DNA of 64,000 nt, taken from assembly GCA_008369845.1 (NCBI GenBank), contig MRSU01001394.1, positions 1 through 64,000 on the forward strand, given 5' to 3'. The notes beneath the pieces are model-generated. The model did no database searches and was not told the DNA's origin. It worked only from the letters and a program-made list of their open reading frames with translations. The stretch is from Trichomonas gallinae (lineage: Eukaryota). The stretch's first letter is position 1. Each line of letters begins with the position of its first letter. Shown piece by piece: positions 40,128-50,713 of the stretch. The position numbers and the translations under genes are program-made.

Positions 40128-43100
40128 ATGAATATGTCAATATCATCCAAAATGAAAACTTTCTTCTCGAGTTATCCGCCAGATATTGTTGCCCCGGTGG
40201 TTAATTTGAAAGAAGGTGTTGTAAATCCTTTTTTACCTGCAGATCTGCCAGAATATTTAGCAAATCCGCAAGCCGATAATCCAATGACGAATCTATTTTG
40301 CAGGCCTGGATTGCAAATGACCGTTGATATTCCGGATATAAACGCAACATCACAAATACGAAATGCGCTCGATCTATCATCTGTCATATTAAATACAACT
40401 AACACAGCATCTCAGGTATTTACTCCATTTAATATCAGAGGCTCAATTGATGTATTCAATAATGAAACCGAAAAAAACAAGCAGTATTCACTCGGACAAT
40501 TTGCTAAGTTTTCCATGGAATACGCGAGGTGTAATGGACAATTTGAATTAATTGGGGCAATTATATTTACTGCATTTATTTATTCACACGATACCAAACA
40601 AATTATTACAAATCCATGGGTTTTTGCACCAGAAGGCTCAGTTAACTTCCTTAAAGCACACAGTATTCCATACAATTTCAGCACATCCTCCTGTTTTCAG
40701 ATTGATCCTATGCTTCTTGACCAAAATTTATATTTAGTTATTCTTCTTTCACACCCAACAACCGTCGACAATTCAGCAGATATTCTCAAATACTACGCAA
40801 CTCCAAACCTCCAAACGAAGCAGGTTGCTCAGAACAACCTCAAAGTTACCTTCCCAAGAGTTAAAAACGCATATTCCCAATTTGGATTTGGATATATCGA
40901 ACTTTCCTCTATAATTAAGTCAGAAGAACACTTCGAAGTTACCCAATTTTTCTTTACTGAAAACAATAATATTATTGCTGATAATCTTTTCGATAAAATC
41001 AATGACAGCAAAGCAGGAAAGCTAAAGCAACTCGGAATCAATTTAGTACTCAATAAAATAGATGGAAGCAGCAATATTATTAACTCAATCCGTTTTCTCA
41101 AGCCACAGCCTTTCTTGGCCCCGAATCATCAAGTTTATGTAAGTTTGCGCTCAGCTGCTATTAAATCTCCAAGAGATGTCAACGCAAGAAATATTTTAAT
41201 TAAATTGTCCATTTGCGACAATGAAAATTCAACAGACTTACCTCTTGTTCACAATCCGTTTAACCAAGGAACGCTCGATACATATGCTTATTCACATTGT
41301 ATTTACCATGACAAAGAACCTCATTATTTGGATGATTTTGTTTTTGAGCTCCCATTCCCAATACAAGACACTGTTTTCCTCAGATTTGAAGTTGTCCACG
41401 TCCATGCAAAAATCTCTGATAGACCAGAAACAAAAATCGGAATTGGTCACTTCCAGCTTATTGAGAACGGCGTCATCAAGACTGGTGATAATTTACTTGT
41501 CCCAATCAAAAACTACAACGAAAACGAGGCATCTTCCAAAGTTTTCATTTCCGTTATAAGCAGATCTTGCTACCAAAGCGATGATATCAACGTCAAAAAG
41601 CTTATTGAGGAGAAGGACCTCGATACATATCTTCCAAGACTCCAGAAAGAACATATCTTCACTAACCTTACTACAATTCTGACAATTTTCATTGAGCGAC
41701 TCAAGCGTGATGAGAAGGATGCTAATATTGGTCATTTAGTGCTGATTCAAAAAGCAGCAGAGAAATTGGGAATGACTGATAGCTTCGTGAAATATCTCGC
41801 AACGTGGACTCAGATTTTCGCTCTCCGCAACATGAAAGCTATCAGAGGCATGAGAACAGAGCAACAAATCTCACTCAACCAACAGCGCCAAGTGAAGGAT
41901 GTTGACGTTGTCCTTTCGATGCCAGCTCCAATGAGCGACCCGTTCATGTCTGATCCAACCCTTCTCTTCCCTCCGATGCCAATGTCCACATCCGCCAGCA
42001 ACCAGTTTGACCAGCAGCAGCCACTCGACAAGAAGACAGTCCACACGAAGCTGATGAAGGCTATAGTTGACTACCTCAGAGATACAGGCAACGATCTCAG
42101 GGATATTTGCATGTTCATCGACTTCATCCTCAGCGCAATCATCAAGTCCATGGCCACGACAGAAGTTGTCAACTTCGCCTTCTTCAACGAGATGTGCGAG
42201 GCATTGTCTTACGCGTGCATGAAGGTCAGCGGACAAGGATGGATTCCGTGCTTGTCTTATTCCATCTTCTGCCACTCGTTATTCGACTTGGAGTTCCACG
42301 AAGAGTCGTCCAACGCTACATCAATGATTATGAGAGCGCTGATCAACAACGGTAACTTCAATAACGCTTTAGTTCCGTTCATTGACCTCACGTTCCAGCC
42401 AGCATTCTTGTACATGCTTCTCACCACATCGGATAAGTTCTCCAGTGCAGTCATTACCTTACTGAAGAGCCTCACATCAAGGCGCGATGACAAGAAGAGC
42501 AAGACAAAGAATATCACTAGAGCGCTCCACAGATGTTATCAAGTCTACAACCAGTCTCATGCCAGAGAAGTCGCTGACTGCCTCGTCCCAGCACTTCTTG
42601 ACATTAACGTCAACCAGCTCCCGCCGCTCAACGAAGCGTTCTCGCTGCTCAGCCTGTTTATCTTCATCATGAAGAATATGACAAGAAACTCGTTGGAAAA
42701 GACAATTCCAGACCAAAACTCTAGTCAGAAGTCAGACATTGATAATCTGCTCAAAGACCCTAAGCAAAATGAGCGTCCTTTGTACTCCTCTAAAATCAGC
42801 GCGATGTTCGAAATCGCACATTACCTTCTTACGAATCTCACAGAGAAAGTCTTCGCCAAGTACAGGCACGCTAACGACACCAATGAAGTCAGCATCGCAT
42901 TGCTGATGCCGGCCCCAGCAAAAAGACCAGTATCAGGAACAATTAAGCCAAAGGCCAACATGTTGCTTGCACTGGAAGAAGCAGTAAAGGCCCAGGCGTT
43001 CGAAGATCCGCTCTCAGAGATCCACGCAGGCATCTTCTCCTTCATCAGGACTGCCATTATGTGCACGCCAGCCAACAAGCAGGACGAGCTTATGAATGTC

Positions 43101-44846
43101 TTCTACCACGCTGCACTCTCAAAGATCAGCTATGAAAACTTTGTCGCGCTGTGCGGCATGGTGCCGTGGATCTTCAAGGGTCACTCACCTAAGATCTTCT
43201 GCTGCACAACTCCACCGCTCGCGAAGATGCTTTACAAGATGCTTTCGATCTCCTACAATCAGTACAAGAAGCCAAGCGTCGTCTACGGACTCTTCCACTC
43301 ACTCTTCGAGAATGATCACAGAACCACGGGCAACAACAACAGATCTGCCGTCATTGCTATGCGTGCGGTTTCCTTGATGTCGCACGAAGAAATCGTCTGC
43401 GAGGATTACTACACTTTCTTCAACGAATTCTTACGCGAAGAGAACAAAGCTCTCCAGATGTTCGCATACACATTCATGAGGATCAGAGAGAACTCACTCG
43501 CTTTGCTTGAGCCAAATATACATATCGACAAGGTGCCAGAGTTGCTCTTGAAGCGTGTTCTACTTTTCAGGACTTGCCCAGACCAGATGCTCGCCATCCT
43601 CGACGAGCTCCTCGACTACCACCAGAAGAATGACTTCAAGATGGAGTATGTTTCCACAATGATCTTCAAGCTCGCAATCATCTTGGAATATGGCGTCTTT
43701 TTGGAGCAGATTCCGAACTTGTATGGTGTTCAGCACTGCGCGTCGCAGTTTGTCAAGAACTGCCCACTCGCTAAGGAGATTTACTGCGCAGAAGTCTTCA
43801 TTCGCGATACCCCACTTGTCCCAGGATTTTGCAGCTCTCCAACGTTCTCGCAGACAGGCCTCCTAGGATGCATGATCCAGCTCTTCGACTTCGGCCTCAA
43901 GAACCAGATTTTCGATGGCTCAACATTCTTATATGATGTATCCATGCCTCTCCTTGAGTATTCCAGGTTATATGGCGTTTGCAACCAGTTCCTCGGAATA
44001 ATTTCCAGCCTGTTCAAGTCTGAGAGCAATGCGCCATCATCGAACTCTGATGTCATGCAGGACAGATACTTCAGAGTCATCTTGGCAGGTAAGATCTTTG
44101 GCGCAGAGGATGGAAAAGGCTATGTTTATCATGCAAACAGGCTCACAAGAGTTTTCGACATTTCCAAGCAAATTGTCGCCGCCTACAACAACATCTACCC
44201 GAACAAGATTGAACTCCTCCAAGCAACATCAGGGAGACTTGACCCAGAAAAGGGTTACGTCAACGTCACATTCGTTGAGCCTTACAACGAAGACGAAGAA
44301 GAACTTTCCATCGGCCAGGTCAATCTTTCTGACAAATTCTACTTCGATACTCCATTCGTCCCAGGCAGCAATAAGGCCCAGGGTACAATCGAAACCCAGT
44401 GGATCAGGCGTACAGTCATCAGCACTGTTCTTAAGATGCCATGCCCACTTAGAAGGGTCGAGATCAACCCTGATATGAGCAAGGAAATCGAGTACGAGCC
44501 AATCAAAGTCGCTTATAGACAGATCAGGAACAGAACTAAGTCTATCATCAGCGCTATCAACGATGTCGATTACCAAACAATCCAGCAGCTTCTCCACGGT
44601 TCGCTTCTTGCGCAGGTTAACGAAGGCCCAGCGAAGATCGCGGAAGTTTTCCTCACCGGTCATTCGCCACTTAGGCCAAAGTTGAAATACGAGTTCCAGC
44701 GCTTCTTGGAGGCGAACGAGAGAGGTGTCAAGAAGCACGCAGAGTGGGTCGCCGACAACCAGGCATTCCTTGCACTTCAGGTCCAGCTCGAAGCAGGCAT
44801 GGATGCACTCAGAGAAAAGCTCACTCCACTCCTCGATGCTGTTTAG
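40128..44846 (+). CDS. DOCK-family Rho GEF (DOCK-C/D-like; DHR-1 C2 and DHR-2)
   Basis: ARNILIK..YHDKEPHYLDDFVFELP (DHR-1); YFRV..G..FG, VTFVEPY, FDTPF and QQLLHGSLLAQVNEGP (DHR-2). Confidence 0.92.
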   Translation: MNMSISSKMKTFFSSYPPDIVAPVVNLKEGVVNPFLPADLPEYLANPQADNPMTNLFCRPGLQMTVDIPDINATSQIRNALDLSSVILNTTNTASQVFTPFNIRGSIDVFNNETEKNKQYSLGQFAKFSMEYARCNGQFELIGAIIFTAFIYSHDTKQIITNPWVFAPEGSVNFLKAHSIPYNFSTSSCFQIDPMLLDQNLYLVILLSHPTTVDNSADILKYYATPNLQTKQVAQNNLKVTFPRVKNAYSQFGFGYIELSSIIKSEEHFEVTQFFFTENNNIIADNLFDKINDSKAGKLKQLGINLVLNKIDGSSNIINSIRFLKPQPFLAPNHQVYVSLRSAAIKSPRDVNARNILIKLSICDNENSTDLPLVHNPFNQGTLDTYAYSHCIYHDKEPHYLDDFVFELPFPIQDTVFLRFEVVHVHAKISDRPETKIGIGHFQLIENGVIKTGDNLLVPIKNYNENEASSKVFISVISRSCYQSDDINVKKLIEEKDLDTYLPRLQKEHIFTNLTTILTIFIERLKRDEKDANIGHLVLIQKAAEKLGMTDSFVKYLATWTQIFALRNMKAIRGMRTEQQISLNQQRQVKDVDVVLSMPAPMSDPFMSDPTLLFPPMPMSTSASNQFDQQQPLDKKTVHTKLMKAIVDYLRDTGNDLRDICMFIDFILSAIIKSMATTEVVNFAFFNEMCEALSYACMKVSGQGWIPCLSYSIFCHSLFDLEFHEESSNATSMIMRALINNGNFNNALVPFIDLTFQPAFLYMLLTTSDKFSSAVITLLKSLTSRRDDKKSKTKNITRALHRCYQVYNQSHAREVADCLVPALLDINVNQLPPLNEAFSLLSLFIFIMKNMTRNSLEKTIPDQNSSQKSDIDNLLKDPKQNERPLYSSKISAMFEIAHYLLTNLTEKVFAKYRHANDTNEVSIALLMPAPAKRPVSGTIKPKANMLLALEEAVKAQAFEDPLSEIHAGIFSFIRTAIMCTPANKQDELMNVFYHAALSKISYENFVALCGMVPWIFKGHSPKIFCCTTPPLAKMLYKMLSISYNQYKKPSVVYGLFHSLFENDHRTTGNNNRSAVIAMRAVSLMSHEEIVCEDYYTFFNEFLREENKALQMFAYTFMRIRENSLALLEPNIHIDKVPELLLKRVLLFRTCPDQMLAILDELLDYHQKNDFKMEYVSTMIFKLAIILEYGVFLEQIPNLYGVQHCASQFVKNCPLAKEIYCAEVFIRDTPLVPGFCSSPTFSQTGLLGCMIQLFDFGLKNQIFDGSTFLYDVSMPLLEYSRLYGVCNQFLGIISSLFKSESNAPSSNSDVMQDRYFRVILAGKIFGAEDGKGYVYHANRLTRVFDISKQIVAAYNNIYPNKIELLQATSGRLDPEKGYVNVTFVEPYNEDEEELSIGQVNLSDKFYFDTPFVPGSNKAQGTIETQWIRRTVISTVLKMPCPLRRVEINPDMSKEIEYEPIKVAYRQIRNRTKSIISAINDVDYQTIQQLLHGSLLAQVNEGPAKIAEVFLTGHSPLRPKLKYEFQRFLEANERGVKKHAEWVADNQAFLALQVQLEAGMDALREKLTPLLDAV

Positions 44847-44909
44847 TCTAAATATTTAATTGTAAGTTTTTTTCAAACAAAACTAGTTTTACAAACAAAA
44901 AAAAATTTA

Positions 44910-46904
44910 TTAGTAGCCGAGTTTGCAGAGGCAAATTTGCTGCATTCCTGTTACAATATCATCGCGCAGGTTATAGAAAGAAAGGACCCACGGCAAAATT
45001 GTCTCTGAGATTGTTCTAAGTTCCTTTATTTCGTCTGTAGCATTTAACAAAGTGTCGAAAACTTGCTTCGCTGCTAACATTGTGGCCAAAAACTTCCTCT
45101 GGTCAGTTTCGCAGAAAATATTCTTGAAGAAAGTTTTCTCACTGAGTTTCAGGCCTAAGCCTTCGGCAAATTTGCACATAGTCTTGATATTCGAAATAAT
45201 TTCATCAATCAATAAAACTTGGTAACCAAGTGGCGCGTTATACAAAAATCCGATTAAATTTAGAATATATTTCTTCTGGTTTTCGAAATCTTCGTTGATT
45301 TTCTCATCTTTTGATAATTTCACAGTATAATTTTGTTGATCACAGACTTGCGTTAAAAATTTCTCAATAGAAGGCAGTGGAATAGTAAATCCAGCATTAA
45401 GCTTAGTGATAACAATCGGAATCTTGAGCCATGGAAAATCACTAAATTTTTTCCAGCAATATTTAATGTAATAGATGAAAAATGTTGGCCTGCAGTTTGT
45501 TGTCACCGAATATTTGTATCCTGCGTATTTTGATGAAACAAAAGCAAAATCAATTCCAGTCATCTCCGTTTCTATTAATTTAATAAACTCATCCAGTCTC
45601 CTTACGGTCTTTTTCATCGAAATCGAATGTTTTAATCTCGAAATTCTATCTTTTTCCATATTCAACAATTTTTGCAGCGCGTAAACGACAAACTCTTCAT
45701 TTTCCTTATCTATGTTTGAAGTAGTTATCAAATGTAACATGTCTATGCCAAATTTTTCGCTTTCAGCCTGAATATCGGAAAATTTCTTCGCGAATTCTGG
45801 CTTTCCTTTGACTTTTGGCGTCGTTTCGAGCGGGAATCCGTTCACTATCTGCATTGAGATCATCTTCTTGTCCGTAGAGATTTTCGAGAAGTTGCTTTCG
45901 ATGAAATTAGTTATTGACTGCCTCGGTTTGATGATTTTCATCATCAGGATCAAGTCGCTGGCGACCATCTTCACTGTGAAGCACTTCGCGAGGTTGAGGC
46001 TCATCGTGTCCGGCGTTGCGTCTATTGATCGCGGCGGGCTGAACAGCTCGGCGAAAATTGGAATTTGGACAACAGCGTCTGTTCCGAATAGTTTGTCGAA
46101 TAGACTCTTAAATGACTCGAAGTCTATCAAATACGATAGAAATCTCTCGTGAAAAACAAAAGATGGAAAAATTATATCATTCAGGAAAAATTTCACGGTT
46201 TCTTCTGTATTTATTGATGCTAATCTGTTTAAGCAGAAAAACTGGTCGTATGCTGATGCTGAGGTTGCCTTTAAAGCATCGATAAATAGTTGATATTTGC
46301 GCTCTGCTTCTTTTCCACGTGTTATTGTAAAATTGTCGATCAATTCCTGACGAAAATTAGTCCATAAAAAGTTGTGGAATGTAAATGAGCCTTCAAAAAC
46401 CACTTTTACAAATTTTGTTCCTAAATTAAAATCAATTTTATCAATTAAAGCATTCACAAGACTGCAAGCTGATTTCATTACGTTAGATTCGGAGAAATAC
46501 GCGTATACAGAAGGAAATGTTTGAGTAATGAAACGTTCAACATTATTTGGATTTGTTTGTAGATATTCAGCTATATATTCTGCATGTTCTTCTGGATTAT
46601 CGTATAATTCTGCTATTTTAGCTGCCATATTTTGTCTTTCTGAACTTAAAATTAAAATTTCTGGCTTTTCGATCAATTTAAAGTAAGAAGGAAGTTCGAT
46701 TTTGTTTTTTACGAGCATGTTGTTGTATATATTTAACTCTGTTCTATGAATAAAGCATTTTGTTAAAATATCGTTTTGCATCGTGTAAATTTCGTTTTCT
46801 GTCTGAAAAAACAAGTTTGTTATCTCCTGGTCATTCAAATGGTCGTCTTTCTTCAACCTATTAATCTCATTAATAATTGCTTCGATCTTTTTATTATTGA
46901 ACAT
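44910..46904 (-). CDS. Hypothetical helical protein
   Basis: About 664-aa ORF from ATG 46904; no confident family. Confidence 0.8.
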   Translation of the reverse strand: MFNNKKIEAIINEINRLKKDDHLNDQEITNLFFQTENEIYTMQNDILTKCFIHRTELNIYNNMLVKNKIELPSYFKLIEKPEILILSSERQNMAAKIAELYDNPEEHAEYIAEYLQTNPNNVERFITQTFPSVYAYFSESNVMKSACSLVNALIDKIDFNLGTKFVKVVFEGSFTFHNFLWTNFRQELIDNFTITRGKEAERKYQLFIDALKATSASAYDQFFCLNRLASINTEETVKFFLNDIIFPSFVFHERFLSYLIDFESFKSLFDKLFGTDAVVQIPIFAELFSPPRSIDATPDTMSLNLAKCFTVKMVASDLILMMKIIKPRQSITNFIESNFSKISTDKKMISMQIVNGFPLETTPKVKGKPEFAKKFSDIQAESEKFGIDMLHLITTSNIDKENEEFVVYALQKLLNMEKDRISRLKHSISMKKTVRRLDEFIKLIETEMTGIDFAFVSSKYAGYKYSVTTNCRPTFFIYYIKYCWKKFSDFPWLKIPIVITKLNAGFTIPLPSIEKFLTQVCDQQNYTVKLSKDEKINEDFENQKKYILNLIGFLYNAPLGYQVLLIDEIISNIKTMCKFAEGLGLKLSEKTFFKNIFCETDQRKFLATMLAAKQVFDTLLNATDEIKELRTISETILPWVLSFYNLRDDIVTGMQQICLCKLGY

Positions 46905-47057
46905 TAACAAAAAATGATTTTAATTCAATGAAAATTAGATATTTGTATTTTTATAATCATAAAATATCAAATTATTAAAATAAAATTAAAGTCCACGCCC
47001 GTAATTCATAAAATTTCCAGAATTTTAAGGTTATAACTAAGGTTATTGTAAAGTCAG

Positions 47058-47819
47058 ATGAATTTGTTTCTTTTTGTTTTATTCATCAAAGACGAAACAA
47101 GTCCATACCAGGAAGACAGGAGTGGCACCATTGACCTCAGCCACAGCCTCATTCCCCCAAACACGCAGTGCAAAGCGAAGCACACGGTAAAAATTTCGGA
47201 AGGAAAATGTGCGTGCGAAAACGGGTACGAACTCGGTGACCCGACGCTTATGACAGGCTGCTGGACGTGTAACAACACTTGCGGAGAACATATGGTTTGT
47301 GTTTATCCCGGTGTTTGCGAATGCATCCCAGGATTCAATTTATACAACGAAAAATGCATGTATATAAGCCCAGAAATCATTTCCATTACTCCAGATACTC
47401 TTATCGGCAAAAGAAGAAAATTTTTGAATGTTTCTTACGTCGCTGGCGCTGGATACTCCCACAGGAGAGGCTTCTGCAAGTTTGGGAACATGACAACAAA
47501 TGCAACAATAAAAATACAAGGATTTGCGAGATGTTTAATTCCTCATCAAGAACCTGGTGAATTTAGCTTCACTTTCTCCTTCGATAATGAAACATGGTCG
47601 ATGGACGAATTGCAGTTTAACTACAAAAAAGCTCCATCGAAAGCAATAAGATATATAATGTTCGCGATTTCATACATAATTTTCTTCATCTCGATGTATT
47701 TGATATGTTCGGAAGCAAAAGCAGAAGTTATGGAGCTTTACGAAGGTGATGATGAGGAAATAATGAATAACATTCCAGATAAAGACGTCCCAATAGAAGA
47801 GAAGTTCGAGACAACCTAA
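47058..47819 (+). CDS. Type I membrane protein with EGF-like Cys-rich region and IPT/TIG domain
   Basis: CACENGY, CVYPGVCECIPGF, PEIISITP..FCKFG..CLIP, TM near the C-terminus, acidic tail. Confidence 0.8.
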   Translation: MNLFLFVLFIKDETSPYQEDRSGTIDLSHSLIPPNTQCKAKHTVKISEGKCACENGYELGDPTLMTGCWTCNNTCGEHMVCVYPGVCECIPGFNLYNEKCMYISPEIISITPDTLIGKRRKFLNVSYVAGAGYSHRRGFCKFGNMTTNATIKIQGFARCLIPHQEPGEFSFTFSFDNETWSMDELQFNYKKAPSKAIRYIMFAISYIIFFISMYLICSEAKAEVMELYEGDDEEIMNNIPDKDVPIEEKFETT

Positions 47820-48108
47820 TCTTTTTAATATTTTATTTTGTTTGTTTGATATAAATATATTTCGTATAAAATTATGCTTTATCTTAAATTTTTATATATT
47901 TATATATATTGCCACAGCATCTTAAACATATCAATGCAATTTAAATTCATCCTAATTTTTTTAAATTTAATTAACTAATAATTCTTTATTATAACACAAC
48001 AAAGATAAAGAATTTGCATTTAAAAAACATTTTTGATCAAAAAAATTAAAAAAAACTATTTTAGGGGCAGACACATTTTTTTGGTGGACTGTTTATAAAT
48101 AAAAAAAA

Positions 48109-48933
48109 ATGATTCCACTGATTTTTTGTTTAAGCTTAATCTCAGGCATAGCCAGTGGATTTATCGCTGTGTTTGCATGTCTCATTGTGATTTATCGCAT
48201 GAATAACGTTCGAACACCGAGAAAGGTAAATTATGACATAATAGAGCCAGAATTCGAGTATAATACAGATTTAACTACGAAATGGCTGAATAGACTTCTC
48301 AAAAAACTATACCACGAAGCTACGAAGTCGGATATGCTATATCCGATTGTTTATTTTGGATGTAAAAACGTTGCCGAGTCAGAAAAGACCATTAGCCGAC
48401 TAACTCTTTGTAGTTTCAGTCTGGGTCAAACGCCTCCTTCATTAAAATCCGTCAGAATCGTCTCGAACGGAGAAAAAGATTTTTGTCAATTTAATTTTAA
48501 TTTCTCGCCAGAGCTGAACCTAAATTTGGATATAGAACTCCAACTCTATGCGGGAATTAACATAATGATCAACGCTGGCTGCGCAGTATTTTTACAGTAT
48601 CTTCGAGGTGGCTTAAATCTCGCCATTCCGAAGTCTTACGGCGTAGGGAACATATTCTTTTCCCCGGATATCGATATGAATATCGTCGTTGGCGCTGCAA
48701 TTAACGAAGTTTACGTGAATTCAGACGAATACGCTGGAACATGGGAAAGAATCAAGAAGATTGCTGAGTCATGCATCAGGAAGGTGAATATTAAGATTCC
48801 GCTTGAAGTTCCTGAACCGAAGCCAAAAGTCGAAAATGTTAAATCTGAGGTCAAACCCGAACCTAAAAAGAAGGGATTCTTCAATGTCAAGGTATCTGTT
48901 CAAAAACCAACCGAAATACTCATGATTGATTAA
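48109..48933 (+). CDS. SMP/TULIP-domain lipid-transfer protein with N-terminal TM (Mmm1-like)
   Basis: N-terminal hydrophobic anchor, TKWLNRLL and FSLGQTPPSLKSV SMP signatures. Confidence 0.7.
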   Translation: MIPLIFCLSLISGIASGFIAVFACLIVIYRMNNVRTPRKVNYDIIEPEFEYNTDLTTKWLNRLLKKLYHEATKSDMLYPIVYFGCKNVAESEKTISRLTLCSFSLGQTPPSLKSVRIVSNGEKDFCQFNFNFSPELNLNLDIELQLYAGINIMINAGCAVFLQYLRGGLNLAIPKSYGVGNIFFSPDIDMNIVVGAAINEVYVNSDEYAGTWERIKKIAESCIRKVNIKIPLEVPEPKPKVENVKSEVKPEPKKKGFFNVKVSVQKPTEILMID

Positions 48934-49010
48934 TAATATTTTTTTGTTTGTATAAATGAATGATAGTTTCATCCTTGTTATGTTTTAAATATATCGTTTT
49001 AAATGATATA

Positions 49011-50300
49011 TTAGTCAGATTCGATAATTGATAAGAAATTATTTGCTGATTCGCTTAGATCGGCATCATCAGCATCGACACAAGATATAATGAAATCAAG
49101 TGTTTCCTCGCTTATTGACGTAATTATGTAATCTGAAAATTGTAACTTAATATGAAGCTCTGATAATATGTCTATGCATGTTGTTATTACATCTGAGTCA
49201 TTTGAATCAAGTAATTCTTCAATATATGCTAGCAAATCTATTTCGACGCATTTCATAGCAAAATCAATATCAGTATGAAGAATCATTGTTTCTATGCAGA
49301 ATAAAAACGGTTGTTGGATTTCATAACTGAATTGCGATCGTAAATTAAACAATTTTTCAAAAAATTCGACATACATCTGAGAAGAAACAAATTCTGGGTT
49401 TGTATTGATAATTTTGATGAGTAAGAATAAGAAAGATCGATTAATATGGTAAATTTTCGGCAAATTTGCAAATGATGAGATAACTTGATCGATACAATAT
49501 GGATTATTTTGTAAATTCGTTAAATCAAGTATATCACAGCATGTTGATGCTATTTGTGCATTCTTTGACGTAATATTTTGAGATATTTTGGAAAGTAAAT
49601 CATCATTGATAAAACCATCCAAATTTGCATATGGAACCATAGCTTTTATGACGTCTATATTTTTATCGACTAAAGTGAAATCAGTAATAACGATATTTCG
49701 AAAATGATCTATTAAATTTCGTCGTAAATCAAACTTGGAAAGTATGGTATACAAAGTATAGCATGCTTTGCAGCTTGTATGATCATTGAAATCAGGTTCA
49801 AATAATGTAAAATCAAAATTCGAAAAAATATTTTCGACTTGGTATTCATTTTTGAGTAATACCGATACAATTACGACGACTAAGTATCGATATTCGGTGC
49901 TGTGAATGTAAATATTTTTCAAAACTTCGATAAAATTCGTATTTTCAAATTTTACAAAATCATTACGAGGAACCTTCTGCAGTATTAATATGAAAAGTTC
50001 GAGACATTTCTTTTGCAATGCAATTGAGAGGCTATTGATGATTGTGGATAAATTTATTATTATTTCAATTTCGTAACCCGCATTAATATGCAAGTGTTCA
50101 TATATTTTATAAAGCTTGTGTATGTAATACGTTACTTTGCTGATATCTTTGTTATTTATCGCTAATTGAAGATCTTCGATCGGAATTAATGGATTATCAT
50201 TGTTAATTTGATATAATTTTGCCGAAATTTCGTCTAATTTCACCTGTTCTCCCTGTTTAAGGCGAATTTCTGGATTTGTTTCGGACAAAACTGTTTTCAG
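49011..50300 (-). CDS. ARM/HEAT-like hypothetical protein; start codon unresolved (no ATG until 49640)
   Basis: 438 stop-free codons in very AT-rich DNA; C-terminus resembles that of 24208..25587 (FSYEIQQ, LLDSNDSD, DLSESA). Confidence 0.65.
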   Translation of the reverse strand: MKTVLSETNPEIRLKQGEQVKLDEISAKLYQINNDNPLIPIEDLQLAINNKDISKVTYYIHKLYKIYEHLHINAGYEIEIIINLSTIINSLSIALQKKCLELFILILQKVPRNDFVKFENTNFIEVLKNIYIHSTEYRYLVVVIVSVLLKNEYQVENIFSNFDFTLFEPDFNDHTSCKACYTLYTILSKFDLRRNLIDHFRNIVITDFTLVDKNIDVIKAMVPYANLDGFINDDLLSKISQNITSKNAQIASTCCDILDLTNLQNNPYCIDQVISSFANLPKIYHINRSFLFLLIKIINTNPEFVSSQMYVEFFEKLFNLRSQFSYEIQQPFLFCIETMILHTDIDFAMKCVEIDLLAYIEELLDSNDSDVITTCIDILSELHIKLQFSDYIITSISEETLDFIISCVDADDADLSESANNFLSIIESD

Positions 50301-50713
50301 ATATAACCAAACTGAGATAACTGTCACTTTTTATTGATTTTGATCTTTTTGACAGTTTTACAAAAATCCTTTTTTATTGCGGATTTAGATCACATTATTT
50401 TAGATAATTATTTTTGTCATAAAAAATTGAAGATTCAAACAAGATTTTAGTCCAAATTTAAAAAATGGATATCTAACCTAAACAAATCTAATGACCAAAT
50501 AAAATTATTGTGTTATTCCGATTTTAAAATCCAAAATATATCCAATTTGTTACAATTTTTGTAATTTTTTAAAAAAAATGGAGAAAAATTCGGTTAATGT
50601 CAAAAATTTTGAGCTGAAAATTGTTTAACTTAATATAATTTTGATCATTATGTTGTGCACATTCATTTTCAGCAAAATTTTCGCATTTTTTCACTTCATT
50701 TTTCTCACAGAAA

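Noticed and set aside
41810..44738. Multiple antisense and alternative-frame ORFs within DOCK (also in UTP21 and amylase)
   Set aside because: Expected by-product of GC-rich, biased codon usage
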